Source: Eledone cirrhosa (lineage: Eukaryota). Taken from it: a stretch of 64,000 bases of DNA. The position numbers and the translations under genes were made by a program. Below, piece after piece: positions 11,901 to 26,130 of the stretch (positions are counted from its first letter, which is position 1; every line of letters starts with the position of its first letter). The notes beneath the pieces are model-generated. The model did no database searches and was not told where the DNA came from. It saw only the letters and a list, made by a program, of their open reading frames with translations. The stretch covers positions 60,388,001 through 60,452,000 of the forward strand of contig OZ024740.1 of the NCBI GenBank assembly GCA_964016885.1, written 5' to 3'.

Positions 11901-14900
11901 CTGGTTAATCATACAGTCTGAGGGTTGACTGGTGCTCCAGTTGCGCCTATACCGCTGGTTAATCATACAGTCTGCAGGTTGACTGGTGCTCCAGTTGCGC
12001 CTATACCGCTGGTTAATCATACAGTCTGCAGGTTGACTGGTGCTCCAGTTGCGCCTATACCGCTGGTTAATCATACAGTCTGAGGGTTGACTGGTGCTCC
12101 AGTTGCGCCTATACCACTGGTTAATCATACAGTCTGCAGGTTGACTGGTGCTCCAGTTGCGCCTATACCGCTGGTTAATCATACAGTCTGCAGGTTGACT
12201 GGTGCTCCAGTTGCGCCTATACCGCTGGTTAATCATACAGTCTGAGGGTTGACTGGTGCTCCAGTTGCGCCTATACCGCTGGTTAATCATACAGTCTGCA
12301 GGTTGACTGCTGCTCCAGTTGCGCCTATACCGCTGGTTAATCATACAGTCTGCAGGTTGACTGGTGCTCCAGTTGCGCCTATACCGCTGGTTAATCATAC
12401 AGTCTGCAGGTTGACTGCTGCTCCAGTTGCGCCTATACCGCTGGTTAATCATACAGTCTGCAGGTTGACTGGTGCTCCAGTTGCGCCTATACCGCTGGTT
12501 AATCATACAGTCTGCAGGTTGACTGGTGCTCCAGTTGCGCCTATACCGCTGGTTAATCATACAGTCTGAGGGTTGACTGGTGCTCCAGTTGCGCCTATAC
12601 CGCTGGTTAATCATACAGTCTGCAGGTTGACTGGTGCTCCAGTTGCGCCTATACCGCTGGTTAATCATACAGTCTGCAGGTTGACTGCTGCTCCAGTTGC
12701 GCCTATACCGCTGGTTAATCATACAGTCTGCAGGTTGACTGGTGCTCCAGTTGCGCCTATACCGCTGGTTAATCATACAGTCTGAGTTATTGACTGGTGC
12801 TCCAGTTGCGCCTATACCGCTGGTTAATCATACAGTCTGAGGGTTGACTGCTGCTCCAGTTGCGCCTATACCGCTGGTTAATCATACAGTCTGCAGGTTG
12901 ACTGCTGCTCCAGTTGCGCCTATACCGCTGGTTAATCATACAGTCTGCAGGTTGACTGCTGCTCCAGTTGCGCCTATACCGCTGGTTAATCATACAGTCT
13001 GAGGGTTGACTGGTGCTCCAGTTGCGCCTATACCGCTTGTTAATCATACAGTCTGCAGGTTGACTGCTGCTCCAGTTGCGCCTATACCGCTGGTTAATCA
13101 TACAGTCTGCAGGTTGACTGGTGCTCCAGTTGCGCCTATACCGCTGGTTAATCATACAGTCTGCAGGTTGACTGGTGCTCCAGTTGCGCCTATACCGCTG
13201 GTTAATCATACAGTCTGCAGGTTGACTGCTGCTCCAGTTGCGCCTATACCGCTGGTTAATCATACAGTCTGCAGGTTGACTGCTGCTCCAGTTGCGCCTA
13301 TACCGCTTGTTAATCATACAGTCTGCAGGTTGACTGCTGCTCCAGTTGCGCCTATACCGCTGGTTAATCATACAGTCTGCAGGTTGACTGGTGCTCCAGT
13401 TGCGCCTATACCGCTGGTTAATCATACAGTCTGCAGGTTGACTGCTGCTCCAGTTGCGCCTATACCGCTGGTTAATCATACAGTCTGCAGGTTGACTGCT
13501 GCTCCAGTTGCGCCTATACCGCTGGTTAATCATACAGTCTGAGTTATTGACTGCTGCTCCAGTTGCGCCTATACCGCTGGTTAATCATACAGTCTGCAGG
13601 TTGACTGCTGCTCCAGTTGCGCCTATACCGCTGGTTAATCATACAGTCTGCAGGTCGACTGCTGCTCCAGTTGCGCCTATACCGCTGGTTAATCATACAG
13701 TCTGCAGGTTGACTGGTGCTCCAGTTGCGCCTATACCGCTGGTTAATCATACAGTCTGCAGGTTGACTGGTGCTCCAGTTGCGCCTATACCGCTGGTTAA
13801 TCATACAGTCTGCAGGTTGACTGGTGCTCCAGTTGCGCCTATACCGCTGGTTAATCATACAGTCTGAGGGTTGACTGGTGCTCCAGTTGCGCCTATACCG
13901 CTGGTTAATCATACAGTCTGCAGGTCGACTGCTGCTCCAGTTGCGCCTATACCGCTGGTTAATCATACAGTCTGCAGGTCGACTGCTGCTCCAGTTGCGC
14001 CTATACCGCTGGTTAATCATACAGTCTGCAGGTCGACTGCTGCTCCAGTTGCGCCTATACCGCTGGTTAATCATACAGTCTGCAGGTTGACTGGTGCTCC
14101 AGTTGCGCCTATACCGCTGGTTAATCATACAGTCTGCAGGTTGACTGCTGCTCCAGTTGCGCCTATACCGCTGGTTAATCATACAGTCTGCAGGTTGACT
14201 GGTGCTCCAGTTGCGCCTATACCGCTGGTTAATCATACAGTCTGCAGGTTGACTGCTGCTCCAGTTGCGCCTATACCGCTGGTTAATCATACAGTCTGCA
14301 GGTTGACTGCTGCTCCAGTTGCGCCTATACCGCTGGTTAATCATACAGTCTGCAGGTTGACTGCTGCTCCAGTTGCGCCTATACCGCTGGTTAATCATAC
14401 AGTCTGCAGGTTGACTGGTGCTCCAGTTGCGCCTATACCGCTGGTTAATCATACAGTCTGCAGGTTGACTGGTGCTCCAGTTGCGCCTATACCGCTGGTT
14501 AATCATACAGTCTGAGGGGTGACTGGTGCTCCAGTTGCCCCTATACCGCTGGTTAATCATACAGTCTGAGGGTTGACTGGTGCTCCAGTTGCGCCTATAC
14601 CGCTGGTTAATCATACAGTCTGCAGGTTGACTGGTGCTCCAGTTGCGCCTATACCGCTGGTTAATCATACAGTCTGCAGGTTGACTGCTGCTCCAGTTGC
14701 GCCTATACCGCTGGTTAATCATACAGTCTGCAGGTTGACTGGTGCTCCAGTTGCGCCTATACCGCTGGTTAATCATACAGTCTGCAGGTTGACTGGTGCT
14801 CCAGTTGCGCCTATACCGCTGGTTAATCATACAGTCTGAGGGTTGACTGGTGCTCCAGTTGCGCCTATACCGCTGGTTAATCATACAGTCTGAGGGTCGA

Positions 14901-17900
14901 CTGCTGCTCCAGTTGCGCCTATACCGCTGGTTAATCATACAGTCTGAGGGTTGACTGGTGCTCCAGTTGCGCCTATACCGCTGGTTAATCATACAGTCTG
15001 CAGGTTGACTGGTGCTCCAGTTGCGCCTATACCGCTGGTTAATCATACAGTCTGCAGGTTGACTGGTGCTCCAGTTGTGCCTATACCGCTGGTTAATCAT
15101 ACAGTCTGCAGGTTGACTGGTGCTCCAGTTGCGCCTATACCGCTGGTTAATCATACAGTCTGAGGGTTGACTGGTGCTCCAGTTGCGCCTATACCGCTGG
15201 TTAATCATACAGTCTGCAGGTCGACTGCTGCTCCAGTTGCGCCTATTCCGCTGGTTAATCATACAGTCTGCAGGTTGACTGGTGCTCCAGTTGCGCCTAT
15301 ACCGCTGGTTAATCATACAGTCTGCAGGTTGACTGCTGCTCCAGTTGCGCCTATACCGCTGGTTAATCATACAGTCTGCAGGTCGACTGCTGCTCCAGTT
15401 GCGCCTATACCGCTGGTTAATCATACAGTCTGCAGGTTGACTGGTGCTCCAGTTGCGCCTATACCGCTGGTTAATCATACAGTCTGCAGGTTGACTGCTG
15501 CTCCAGTTGCGCCTATACCGCTGGTTAATCATACAGTCTGCAGGTTGACTGCTGCTCCAGTTGCGCCTATACCGCTGGTTAATCATACAGTCTGCAGGTT
15601 GACTGCTGCTCCAGTTGCGCCTATACCGCTGGTTAATCATACAGTCTGCAGGTTGACTGCTGCTCCAGTTGCGCCTATACCGCTGGTTAATCATACAGTC
15701 TGCAGGTTGACTGCTGCTCCAGTTGCGCCTATACCGCTGGTTAATCATACAGTCTGCAGGTTGACTGGTGCTCCAGTTGCGCCTATACCGCTGGTTAATC
15801 ATACAGTCTGCAGGTTGACTGGTGCTCCAGTTGCGCCTATACCGCTGGTTAATCATACAGTCTGAGGGGTGACTGGTGCTCCAGTTGCCCCTATACCGCT
15901 GGTTAATCATACAGTCTGAGGGTTGACTGGTGCTCCAGTTGCGCCTATACCGCTGGTTAATCATACAGTCTGCAGGTTGACTGGTGCTCCAGTTGCGCCT
16001 ATACCGCTGGTTAATCATACAGTCTGCAGGTTGACTGCTGCTCCAGTTGCGCCTATACCGCTGGTTAATCATACAGTCTGCAGGTTGACTGGTGCTCCAG
16101 TTGCGCCTATACCGCTGGTTAATCATACAGTCTGCAGGTTGACTGCTGCTCCAGTTGCGCCTATACCGCTGGTTAATCATACAGTCTGAGGGTTGACTGG
16201 TGCTCCAGTTGCGCCTATACCGCTTGTTAATCATACAGTCTGCAGGTTGACTGCTGCTCCAGTTGCGCCTATACCGCTGGTTAATCATACAGTCTGCAGG
16301 TTGACTGGTGCTCCAGTTGCGCCTATACCGCTGGTTAATCATACAGTCTGCAGGTTGACTGGTGCTCCAGTTGCGCCTATACCGCTGGTTAATCATACAG
16401 TCTGCAGGTTGACTGCTGCTCCAGTTGCGCCTATACCGCTGGTTAATCATACAGTCTGCAGGTTGACTGCTGCTCCAGTTGCGCCTATACCGCTTGTTAA
16501 TCATACAGTCTGCAGGTTGACTGCTGCTCCAGTTGCGCCTATACCGCTGGTTAATCATACAGTCTGCAGGTTGACTGGTGCTCCAGTTGCGCCTATACCG
16601 CTGGTTAATCATACAGTCTGCAGGTTGACTGCTGCTCCAGTTGCGCCTATACCGCTGGTTAATCATACAGTCTGCAGGTTGACTGCTGCTCCAGTTGCGC
16701 CTATACCGCTGGTTAATCATACAGTCTGAGTTATTGACTGCTGCTCCAGTTGCGCCTATACCGCTGGTTAATCATACAGTCTGCAGGTTGACTGCTGCTC
16801 CAGTTGCGCCTATACCGCTGGTTAATCATACAGTCTGCAGGTTGACTGGTGCTCCAGTTGCGCCTATACCGCTGGTTAATCATACAGTCTGCAGGTTGAC
16901 TGGTGCTCCAGTTGCGCCTATACCGCTGGTTAATCATACAGTCTGAGGGTTGACTGGTGCTCCAGTTGCGCCTATACCGCTGGTTAATCATACAGTCTGC
17001 AGGTTGACTGGTGCTCCAGTTGCGCCTATACCGCTGGTTAATCATACAGTCTGCAGGTTGACTGGTGCTCCAGTTGCGCCTATACCGCTGGTTAATCATA
17101 CAGTCTGCAGGTTGACTGGTGCTCCAGTTGCGCCTATACCGCTGGTTAATCATACAGTCTGAGGGTTGACTGGTGCTCCAGTTGCGCCTATACCGCTGGT
17201 TAATCATACAGTCTGCAGGTCGACTGCTGCTCCAGTTGCGCCTATACCGCTGGTTAATCATACAGTCTGCAGGTCGACTGCTGCTCCAGTTGCGCCTATA
17301 CCGCTGGTTAATCATACAGTCTGCAGGTCGACTGCTGCTCCAGTTGCGCCTATACCGCTGGTTAATCATACAGTCTGCAGGTTGACTGGTGCTCCAGTTG
17401 CGCCTATACCGCTGGTTAATCATACAGTCTGCAGGTTGACTGCTGCTCCAGTTGCGCCTATACCGCTGGTTAATCATACAGTCTGCAGGTTGACTGGTGC
17501 TCCAGTTGCGCCTATACCGCTGGTTAATCATACAGTCTGCAGGTTGACTGCTGCTCCAGTTGCGCCTATACCGCTGGTTAATCATACAGTCTGCAGGTTG
17601 ACTGCTGCTCCAGTTGCGCCTATACCGCTGGTTAATCATACAGTCTGCAGGTTGACTGCTGCTCCAGTTGCGCCTATATCGCTGGTTAATCATACAGTCT
17701 GCAGGTTGACTGGTGCTCCAGTTGCGCCTATACCGCTGGTTAATCATACAGTCTGCAGGTTGACTGGTGCTCCAGTTGCGCCTATACCGCTGGTTAATCA
17801 TACAGTCTGAGGGGTGACTGGTGCTCCAGTTGCCCCTATACCGCTGGTTAATCATACAGTCTGAGGATTGACTGGTGCTCCAGTTGCGCCTATACCGCTG

Positions 17901-20900
17901 GTTAATCATACAGTCTGCAGGTTGACTGGTGCTCCAGTTGCGCCTATACCGCTGGTTAATCATACAGTCTGCAGGTTGACTGCTGCTCCAGTTGCGCCTA
18001 TACCGCTGGTTAATCATACAGTCTGCAGGTTGACTGGTGCTCCAGTTGCGCCTATACCGCTGGTTAATCATACAGTCTGAGTTATTGACTGGTGCTCCAG
18101 TTGCGCCTATACCGCTGGTTAATCATACAGTCTGAGGGTCGACTGCTGCTCCAGTTGCGCCTATACCGCTGGTTAATCATACAGTCTGAGGGTTGACTGG
18201 TGCTCCAGTTGCGCCTATACCGCTGGTTAATCATACAGTCTGCAGGTTGACTGGTGCTCCAGTTGCGCCTATACCGCTGGTTAAGCATACAGTCTGCAGG
18301 TTGACTGGTGCTCCAGTTGCGCCTATACCGCTGGTTAATCATACAGTCTGCAGGTTGACTGGTGCTCCAGTTGCGCCTATACCGCTGGTTAATCATACAG
18401 TCTGAGGGTCGACTGCTGCTCCAGTTGCGCCTATACCGCTGGTTAATCATACAGTCTGCAGGTTGACTGCTGCTCCAGTTGCGCCTATACCGCTGGTTAA
18501 TCATACAGTCTGAGGGTCGACTACTGCTCCAGTTGCGCCTATACCGCTGGTTAATCATACAGTCTGAGGGTTGACTGCTGCTCCAGTTGCGCCTATACCG
18601 CTGGTTAATCATACAGTCTGCAGGTTGACTGCTGCTCCAGTTGCGCCTATACCGCTGGTTAATCATACAGTCTGCAGGTTGACTGCTGCTCCAGTTGCGC
18701 CTATACCGCTGGTTAATCATACAGTCTGAGGGTTGACTGGTGCTCCAGTTGCGCCTATACCGCTTGTTAATCATACAGTCTGCAGGTTGACTGCTGCTCC
18801 AGTTGCGCCTATACCGCTGGTTAATCATACAGTCTGCAGGTTGACTGGTGCTCCAGTTGCGCCTATACCGCTGGTTAATCATACAGTCTGCAGGTTGACT
18901 GCTGCTCCAGTTGCGCCTATACAGCTGGTTAATCATACAGTCTGCAGGTTGACTGCTGCTCCAGTTGCGCCTATACCGCTTGTTAATCATACAGTCTGCA
19001 GGTTGACTGCTGCTCCAGTTGCGCCTATACCGCTGGTTAATCATACAGTCTGCAGGTTGACTGGTGCTCCAGTTGCGCCTATACCGCTGGTTAATCATAC
19101 AGTCTGCAGGTTGACTGCTGCTCCAGTTGCGCCTATACCGCTGGTTAATCATACAGTCTGCAGGTTGACTGCTGCTCCAGTTGCGCCTATACCGCTGGTT
19201 AATCATACAGTCTGCAGGTCGACTGCTGCTCCAGTTGCGCCTATACCGCTGGTTAATCATACAGTCTGCAGGTTGACTGGTGCTCCAGTTGCGCCTATAC
19301 CGCTGGTTAATCATACAGTCTGCAGGTTGACTGGTGCTCCAGTTGCGCCTATACCGCTGGTTAATCATACAGTCTGCAGGTTGACTGGTGCTCCAGTTGC
19401 GCCTATACCGCTGGTTAATCATACAGTCTGAGGGTTGACTGGTGCTCCAGTTGCGCCTATACCGCTGGTTAATCATACAGTCTGAGGGTCGACTGCTGCT
19501 CCAGTTGCGCCTATACCGCTGGTTAATCATACAGTCTGAGGGTTGACTGGTGCTCCAGTTGCGCCTATACCGCTGGTTAATCATACAGTCTGCAGGTTGA
19601 CTGGTGCTCCAGTTGCGCCTATACCGCTGGTTAATCATACAGTCTGCAGGTTGACTGGTGCTCCAGTTGCGCCTATACCGCTGGTTAATCATACAGTCTG
19701 CAGGTTGACTGGTGCTCCAGTTGCGCCTATACCGCTGGTTAATCATACAGTCTGAGGGTTGACTGGTGCTCCAGTTGCGCCTATACCGCTGGTTAATCAT
19801 ACAGTCTGCAGGTCGACTGCTGCTCCAGTTGCGCCTATACCGCTGGTTAATCATACAGTCTGCAGGTCGACTGCTGCTCCAGTTGCGCCTATACCGCTGG
19901 TTAATCATACAGTCTGCAGGTCGACTGCTGCTCCAGTTGCGCCTATACCGCTGGTTAATCATACAGTCTGCAGGTTGACTGGTGCTCCAGTTGCGCCTAT
20001 ACCGCTGGTTAATCATACAGTCTGCAGGTTGACTGGTGCTCCAGTTGCGCTTATACCGCTGGTTAATCATACAGTCTGCAGGTTGACAGGTGCTCCAGTT
20101 GCGCCTATACCGCTGGTTAATCATACAGTCTGCAGGTTGACTGCTGCTCCAGTTGCGTCTATACCGCTGGTTAATCATACAGTCTGCAGGTTGACTGCTG
20201 CTCCAGTTGCGCCTATACCGCTGGTTAATCATACAGTCTGCAGGTTGACTGCTGCTCCAGTTGCGCCTATACCGCTGGTTAATCATACAGTCTGCAGGTT
20301 GACTGGTGCTCCAGTTGCGCCTATACCGCTGGTTAATCATACAGTCTGCAGGTTGACTGGTGCTCCAGTTGCGCCTATACCGCTGGTTAATCATACAGTC
20401 TGAGGGGTGACTGGTGCTCCAGTTGCCCCTATACCGCTGGTTAATCATACAGTCTGAGGGTTGACTGGTGCTCCAGTTGCGCCTATACCGCTGGTTAATC
20501 ATACAGTCTGCAGGTTGACTGGTGCTCCAGTTGCGCCTATACCGCTGGTTAATCATACAGTCTGCAGGTTGACTGCTGCTCCAGTTGCGCCTATACCGCT
20601 GGTTAATCATACAGTCTGCAGGTTGACTGGTGCTCCAGTTGCGCCTATACCGCTGGTTAATCATACAGTCTGAGTTATTGACTGGTGCTCCAGTTGCGCC
20701 TATACCGCTGGTTAATCATACAGTCTGAGGGTTGACTGCTGCTCCAGTTGCGCCTATACCGCTGGTTAATCATACAGTCTGCAGGTTGACTGCTGCTCAA
20801 GTTGCGCCTATACCGCTGGTTAATCATACAGTCTGCAGGTTGACTGGTGCTCCAGTTGCGCCTATACCGCTGGTTAATCATACAGTCTGCAGGTTGACTG

Positions 20901-23900
20901 CTGCTCCAGTTGCGCCTATACCACTGGTTAATCATACAGTCTGCAGGTTGACTGCTGCTCCAGTTGCGCCTATACCGCTGGTTAATCATACAGTCTGAGG
21001 TTGACTGCTGCTCCAGTTGCGCCTATACCGCTGGTTAATCATACAGTCTGCAGGTTGACTGCTGCTCCAGTTGCGCCTATACCGCTGGTTAATCATACAG
21101 TCTGAGGGTCGACTGCTGCTCCAGTTGCGCCTATACCGCTGGTTAATCATACAGTCTGCAGGTCGACTGCTGCTCCAGTTGCGCCTATACCGCTGGTTAA
21201 TCATACAGTCTGCAGGTTGACTGCTGCTCCAGTTGCGCCTATACCGCTGGTTAATCATACAGTCTGCAGGTTGACTGGTGCTCCAGTTGCGCCTATACCG
21301 CTGGTTAATCATACAGTCTGAGGGTTGACTGGTGCTCCAGTTGCGCCTATACCGCTGGTTAATCATACAGTCTGCAGGTTGACTGCTGCTCCAGTTGCGC
21401 CTATACCGCTGGTTAATCATACAGTCTGAGGGTTGACTGCTGCTCCAGTTGCGCCTATACCGCTGGTTAATCATACAGTCTGCAGGTTGACTGCTGCTCC
21501 AGTTGCGCCTATACCGCTGGTTAATCATACAGTCTGAGGGTCGACTGCTGCTCCAGTTGCGCCTATACCGCTGGTTAATCATACAGTCTGCAGGTTGACT
21601 GCTGCTCCAGTTGCGCCTATACCGCTGGTTAATCATACAGTCTGAGGGTCGACTGCTGCTCCAGTTGCGCCTATACCGCTGGTTAATCATACAGTCTGCA
21701 GGTTGACTGGTGCTCCAGTTGCGCCTATACCACTGGTTAATCATACAGTCTGCAGGTTGACTGGTGCTCCAGTTGCGCCTATACCGCTGGTTAATCATAC
21801 AGTCTGCAGGTTGACTGCTGCTCCAGTTGCGCCTATACCGCTGGTTAATCATACAGTCTGAGGGTTGACTGCTGCTCCAGTTGCGCCTATACCGCTGGTT
21901 AATCATACAGTCTGAGGGTTGACTGCTGCTCCAGTTGCGCCTATACCGCTGGTTAATCATACAGTCTGAGGGTTGACTGCTGCTCCAGTTGCGCCTATAC
22001 CGCTGGTTAATCATACAGTCTGAGGGTTGACTGCTGCTCCAGTTGCGCCTATACCGCTGGTTAATCATACAGTCTGAGGGTCGACTGCTGCTCCAGTTGC
22101 GCCTATACCGCTGGTTAATCATACAGTCTGCAGGTTGACTGCTGCTCCAGTTGCGCCTATACCGCTGGTTAATCATACAGTCTGAGGGTCGACTGCTGCT
22201 CCAGTTGCGCCTATACCGCTGGTTAATCATACAGTCTGCAGGTTGACTGCTGCTCCAGTTGCGCCTATACCGCTGGTTAATCATACAGTCTGAGGGTTGA
22301 CTGCTGCTCCAGTTGCGCCTATACCGCTGGTTAATCATACAGTCTGCAGGTTGACTGGTGCTCCAGTTGCGCCTATACCGCTGGTTAATCATACAGTCTG
22401 CAGGTTGACTGGTGCTCCAGTTGCGCCTATACCGCTGGTTAATCATACAGTCTGAGGGTTGACTGCTGCTCCAGTTGCGCCTATACCGCTGGTTAATCAT
22501 ACAGTCTGAGGGTTGACTGCTGCTCCAGTTGCGCCTATACCGCTGGTTAATCATACAGTCTGAGGGTTGACTGCTGCTCCAGTTGCGCCTATACCGCTGG
22601 TTAATCATACAGTCTGAGGGTTGACTGCTGCTCCAGTTGCGCCTATACCGCTGGTTAATCATACAGTCTGAGGGTCGACTGCTGCTCCAGTTGCGCCTAT
22701 ACCGCTGGTTAATCATACAGTCTGCAGGTTGACTGCTGCTCCAGTTGCGCCTATACCGCTGGTTAATCATACAGTCTGAGGGTCGACTGCTGTTCCAGTT
22801 GCGCCTATACCGCTGGTTAATCATACAGTCTGCAGGTTGAGTGCTGCTCCAGTTGCGCCTATACCGCTGGTTAATCATACAGTCTGAGGGTTGACTGCTG
22901 CTCCAGTTGCGCCTATACCGCTGGTTAATCATACAGTCTGCAGGTTGACTGGTGCTCCAGTTGCGCCTATACCGCTGGTTAATCATACAGTCTGCAGGTT
23001 GACTGCTGCTCCAGTTGCGCCTATACCGCTGGTTAATCATACAGTCTGCAGGTTGACTGCTGCTCCAGTTGCGCCTATACCGCTGGTTAATCATACAGTC
23101 TGCAGGTTGACTGGTGCTCCAGTTGCGCCTATACCGCTGGTTAATCATACAGTCTGCAGGTTGACTGGTGCTCCAGTTGCGCCTATACCGCTGGTTAATC
23201 ATACAGTCTGAGGGGTGACTGGTGCTCCAGTTGCCCCTATACCGCTGGTTAATCATACAGTCTGAGGGTTGACTGGTGTTCCAGTTGCGCCTATACCGCT
23301 GGTTAATCATACAGTCTGCAGGTTGACTGGTGCTCCAGTTGCGCCTATACCGCTGGTTAATCATACAGTCTGCAGGTTGACTGCTGCTCCAGTTGCGCCT
23401 ATACCGCTGGTTAATCATACAGTCTGCAGGTTGACTGGTGCTCCAGTTGCGCCTATACCGCTGGTTAATCATACAGTCTGAGTTATTGACTGGTGCTCCA
23501 GTTGCGCCTATACCGCTGGTTAATCATACAGTCTGAGGGTTGACTGCTGCTCCAGTTGCGCCTATACCGCTGGTTAATCATACAGTCTGCAGGTTGACTG
23601 CTGCTCAAGTTGCGCCTATACCGCTGGTTAATCATACAGTCTGCAGGTTGACTGGTGCTCCAGTTGCGCCTATACCGCTGGTTAATCATACAGTCTGCAG
23701 GTTGACTGCTGCTCCAGTTGCGCCTATACCACTGGTTAATCATACAGTCTGCAGGTTGACTGCTGCTCCAGTTGCGCCTATACCGCTGGTTAATCATACA
23801 GTCTGAGGTTGACTGCTGCTCCAGTTGCGCCTATACCGCTGGTTAATCATACAGTCTGCAGGTTGACTGCTGCTCCAGTTGCGCCTATACCGCTGGTTAA

Positions 23901-25650
23901 TCATACAGTCTGAGGGTCGACTGCTGCTCCAGTTGCGCCTATACCGCTGGTTAATCATACAGTCTGCAGGTCGACTGCTGCTCCAGTTGCGCCTATACCG
24001 CTGGTTAATCATACAGTCTGCAGGTTGACTGCTGCTCCAGTTGCGCCTATACCGCTGGTTAATCATACAGTCTGCAGGTTGACTGGTGCTCCAGTTGCGC
24101 CTATACCGCTGGTTAATCATACAGTCTGAGGGTTGACTGGTGCTCCAGTTGCGCCTATACCGCTGGTTAATCATACAGTCTGCAGGTTGACTGCTGCTCC
24201 AGTTGCGCCTATACCGCTGGTTAATCATACAGTCTGAGGGTTGACTGCTGCTCCAGTTGCGCCTATACCGCTGGTTAATCATACAGTCTGCAGGTTGACT
24301 GCTGCTCCAGTTGCGCCTATACCGCTGGTTAATCATACAGTCTGAGGGTCGACTGCTGCTCCAGTTGCGCCTATACCGCTGGTTAATCATACAGTCTGCA
24401 GGTTGACTGCTGCTCCAGTTGCGCCTATACCGCTGGTTAATCATACAGTCTGAGGGTCGACTGCTGCTCCAGTTGCGCCTATACCGCTGGTTAATCATAC
24501 AGTCTGCAGGTTGACTGGTGCTCCAGTTGCGCCTATACCACTGGTTAATCATACAGTCTGCAGGTTGACTGGTGCTCCAGTTGCGCCTATACCGCTGGTT
24601 AATCATACAGTCTGCAGGTTGACTGCTGCTCCAGTTGCGCCTATACCGCTGGTTAATCATACAGTCTGAGGGTTGACTGCTGCTCCAGTTGCGCCTATAC
24701 CGCTGGTTAATCATACAGTCTGAGGGTTGACTGCTGCTCCAGTTGCGCCTATACCGCTGGTTAATCATACAGTCTGAGGGTTGACTGCTGCTCCAGTTGC
24801 GCCTATACCGCTGGTTAATCATACAGTCTGAGGGTTGACTGCTGCTCCAGTTGCGCCTATACCGCTGGTTAATCATACAGTCTGAGGGTCGACTGCTGCT
24901 CCAGTTGCGCCTATACCGCTGGTTAATCATACAGTCTGCAGGTTGACTGCTGCTCCAGTTGCGCCTATACCGCTGGTTAATCATACAGTCTGAGGGTCGA
25001 CTGCTGCTCCAGTTGCGCCTATACCGCTGGTTAATCATACAGTCTGCAGGTTGACTGCTGCTCCAGTTGCGCCTATACCGCTGGTTAATCATACAGTCTG
25101 AGGGTTGACTGCTGCTCCAGTTGCGCCTATACCGCTGGTTAATCATACAGTCTGCAGGTTGACTGGTGCTCCAGTTGCGCCTATACCGCTGGTTAATCAT
25201 ACAGTCTGCAGGTTGACTGGTGCTCCAGTTGCGCCTATCCCGCTGGTTAATCATACAGTCTGCAGGTTGACTGGTGCTCCAGTTGCGCCTATACCGCTGG
25301 TTAATCATACAGTCTGCAGGTTGACTGGTGCTCCAGTTGCGCCTATACCGCTGGTTAATCATACAGTCTGCAGGTTGACTGGTGCTCCAGTTGCGCCTAT
25401 ACCGCTGGTTAATCATACAGTCTGCAGGTTGACTGGTGCTCCAGTTGCGCCTATACCGCTGGTTAATCATACAGTCTGCAGGTTGACTGGTGCTCCAGTT
25501 GCGCCTATACCGCTGGTTAATCATACAGTCTGCAGGTTGACTGGTGCTCCAGTTGCGCCTATACCGCTGGTTAATCATACAGTCTGCAGGTTGACTGGTG
25601 CTCCAGTTGCGCCTATACCACTGGTTAATCATACAGTCTGAGTTATTGAC
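8941..25650. repeat. 54-bp tandem satellite array, about 309 monomers
   Basis: Consensus tctgcaggttgactg(g/c)tgctccagttgcgcctataccgctggttaatcatacag. Very homogeneous, with 53- and 55-bp junction variants. Confidence 0.99.
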
Positions 25651-25719
25651 AACTGTGGAGATTTCAGTACGAGTCAACCGATATATATATATGCATATAT
25701 ATACATATATTTATGTCCT

Positions 25720-25870
25720 GTGTATGACATTAAACTACATCCAGTGGCAAGGCTCCAGTTCGGGAGTTCCGGAGCTGTGGGGAATGTGGAGTTACCCCTT
25801 AGTTCTGTTCTTAGGTCTGCTCTGGCCAGGAGTAGTAGTACCTGCTAGGGCTCCGTTTATGGGTTAAATA
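25720..25870. mobile_element. Short interspersed repeat (SINE-like)
   Basis: aggctccagtt..ggagctgtggggaatgtggagt..gtagtacctgctaggg..tatgggt resembles an abundant cephalopod repeat (from recall). Confidence 0.45.
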
Positions 25871-25899
25871 ATTACCTTATTCGAGTGACGCCGGTAAGG

Positions 25900-26130
25900 T
25901 ATTGTCAGCCATTGAAAAGAATTATGGATAGTCTATCTAACAGCACTAGGGTTAGAGCCCCTAACTACACATTAGTGGAGTCTGTGCTGCTGTATGGGTC
26001 TGAGACTTGGACACTGACCAAGAAACTCACTCAGATGGTGGATGGGTGCTACACGAGAGTGGCTTTGAACATTATTGGATGGCCGTTGACTCTCCTGAAG
26101 AAGAAGGAGAAGAAGAAGAAGAAGAAGAAA
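25900..26130 (+). mobile_element. RTE-type LINE ORF fragment
   Basis: LVESVLLYGSETWTLTKKLTQMVDGCYTR matches the RTE post-RT motif and is followed by a (GAA)n tail. Confidence 0.75.

Noticed and set aside
8941-25650. CRISPR-like array
   Set aside because: There are no unique spacers or cas genes. The monomers are contiguous and the context is eukaryotic.
8862-25677. Very long repeat ORFs (MINQRYRRNWSTSQPADC)n and (TGAPVAPIPLVNHTVCRL)n
   Set aside because: They are a by-product of a 54-bp (3n) unit. They are broken by 53/55-bp monomers and TGA variants, and no domain or gene context is evident.
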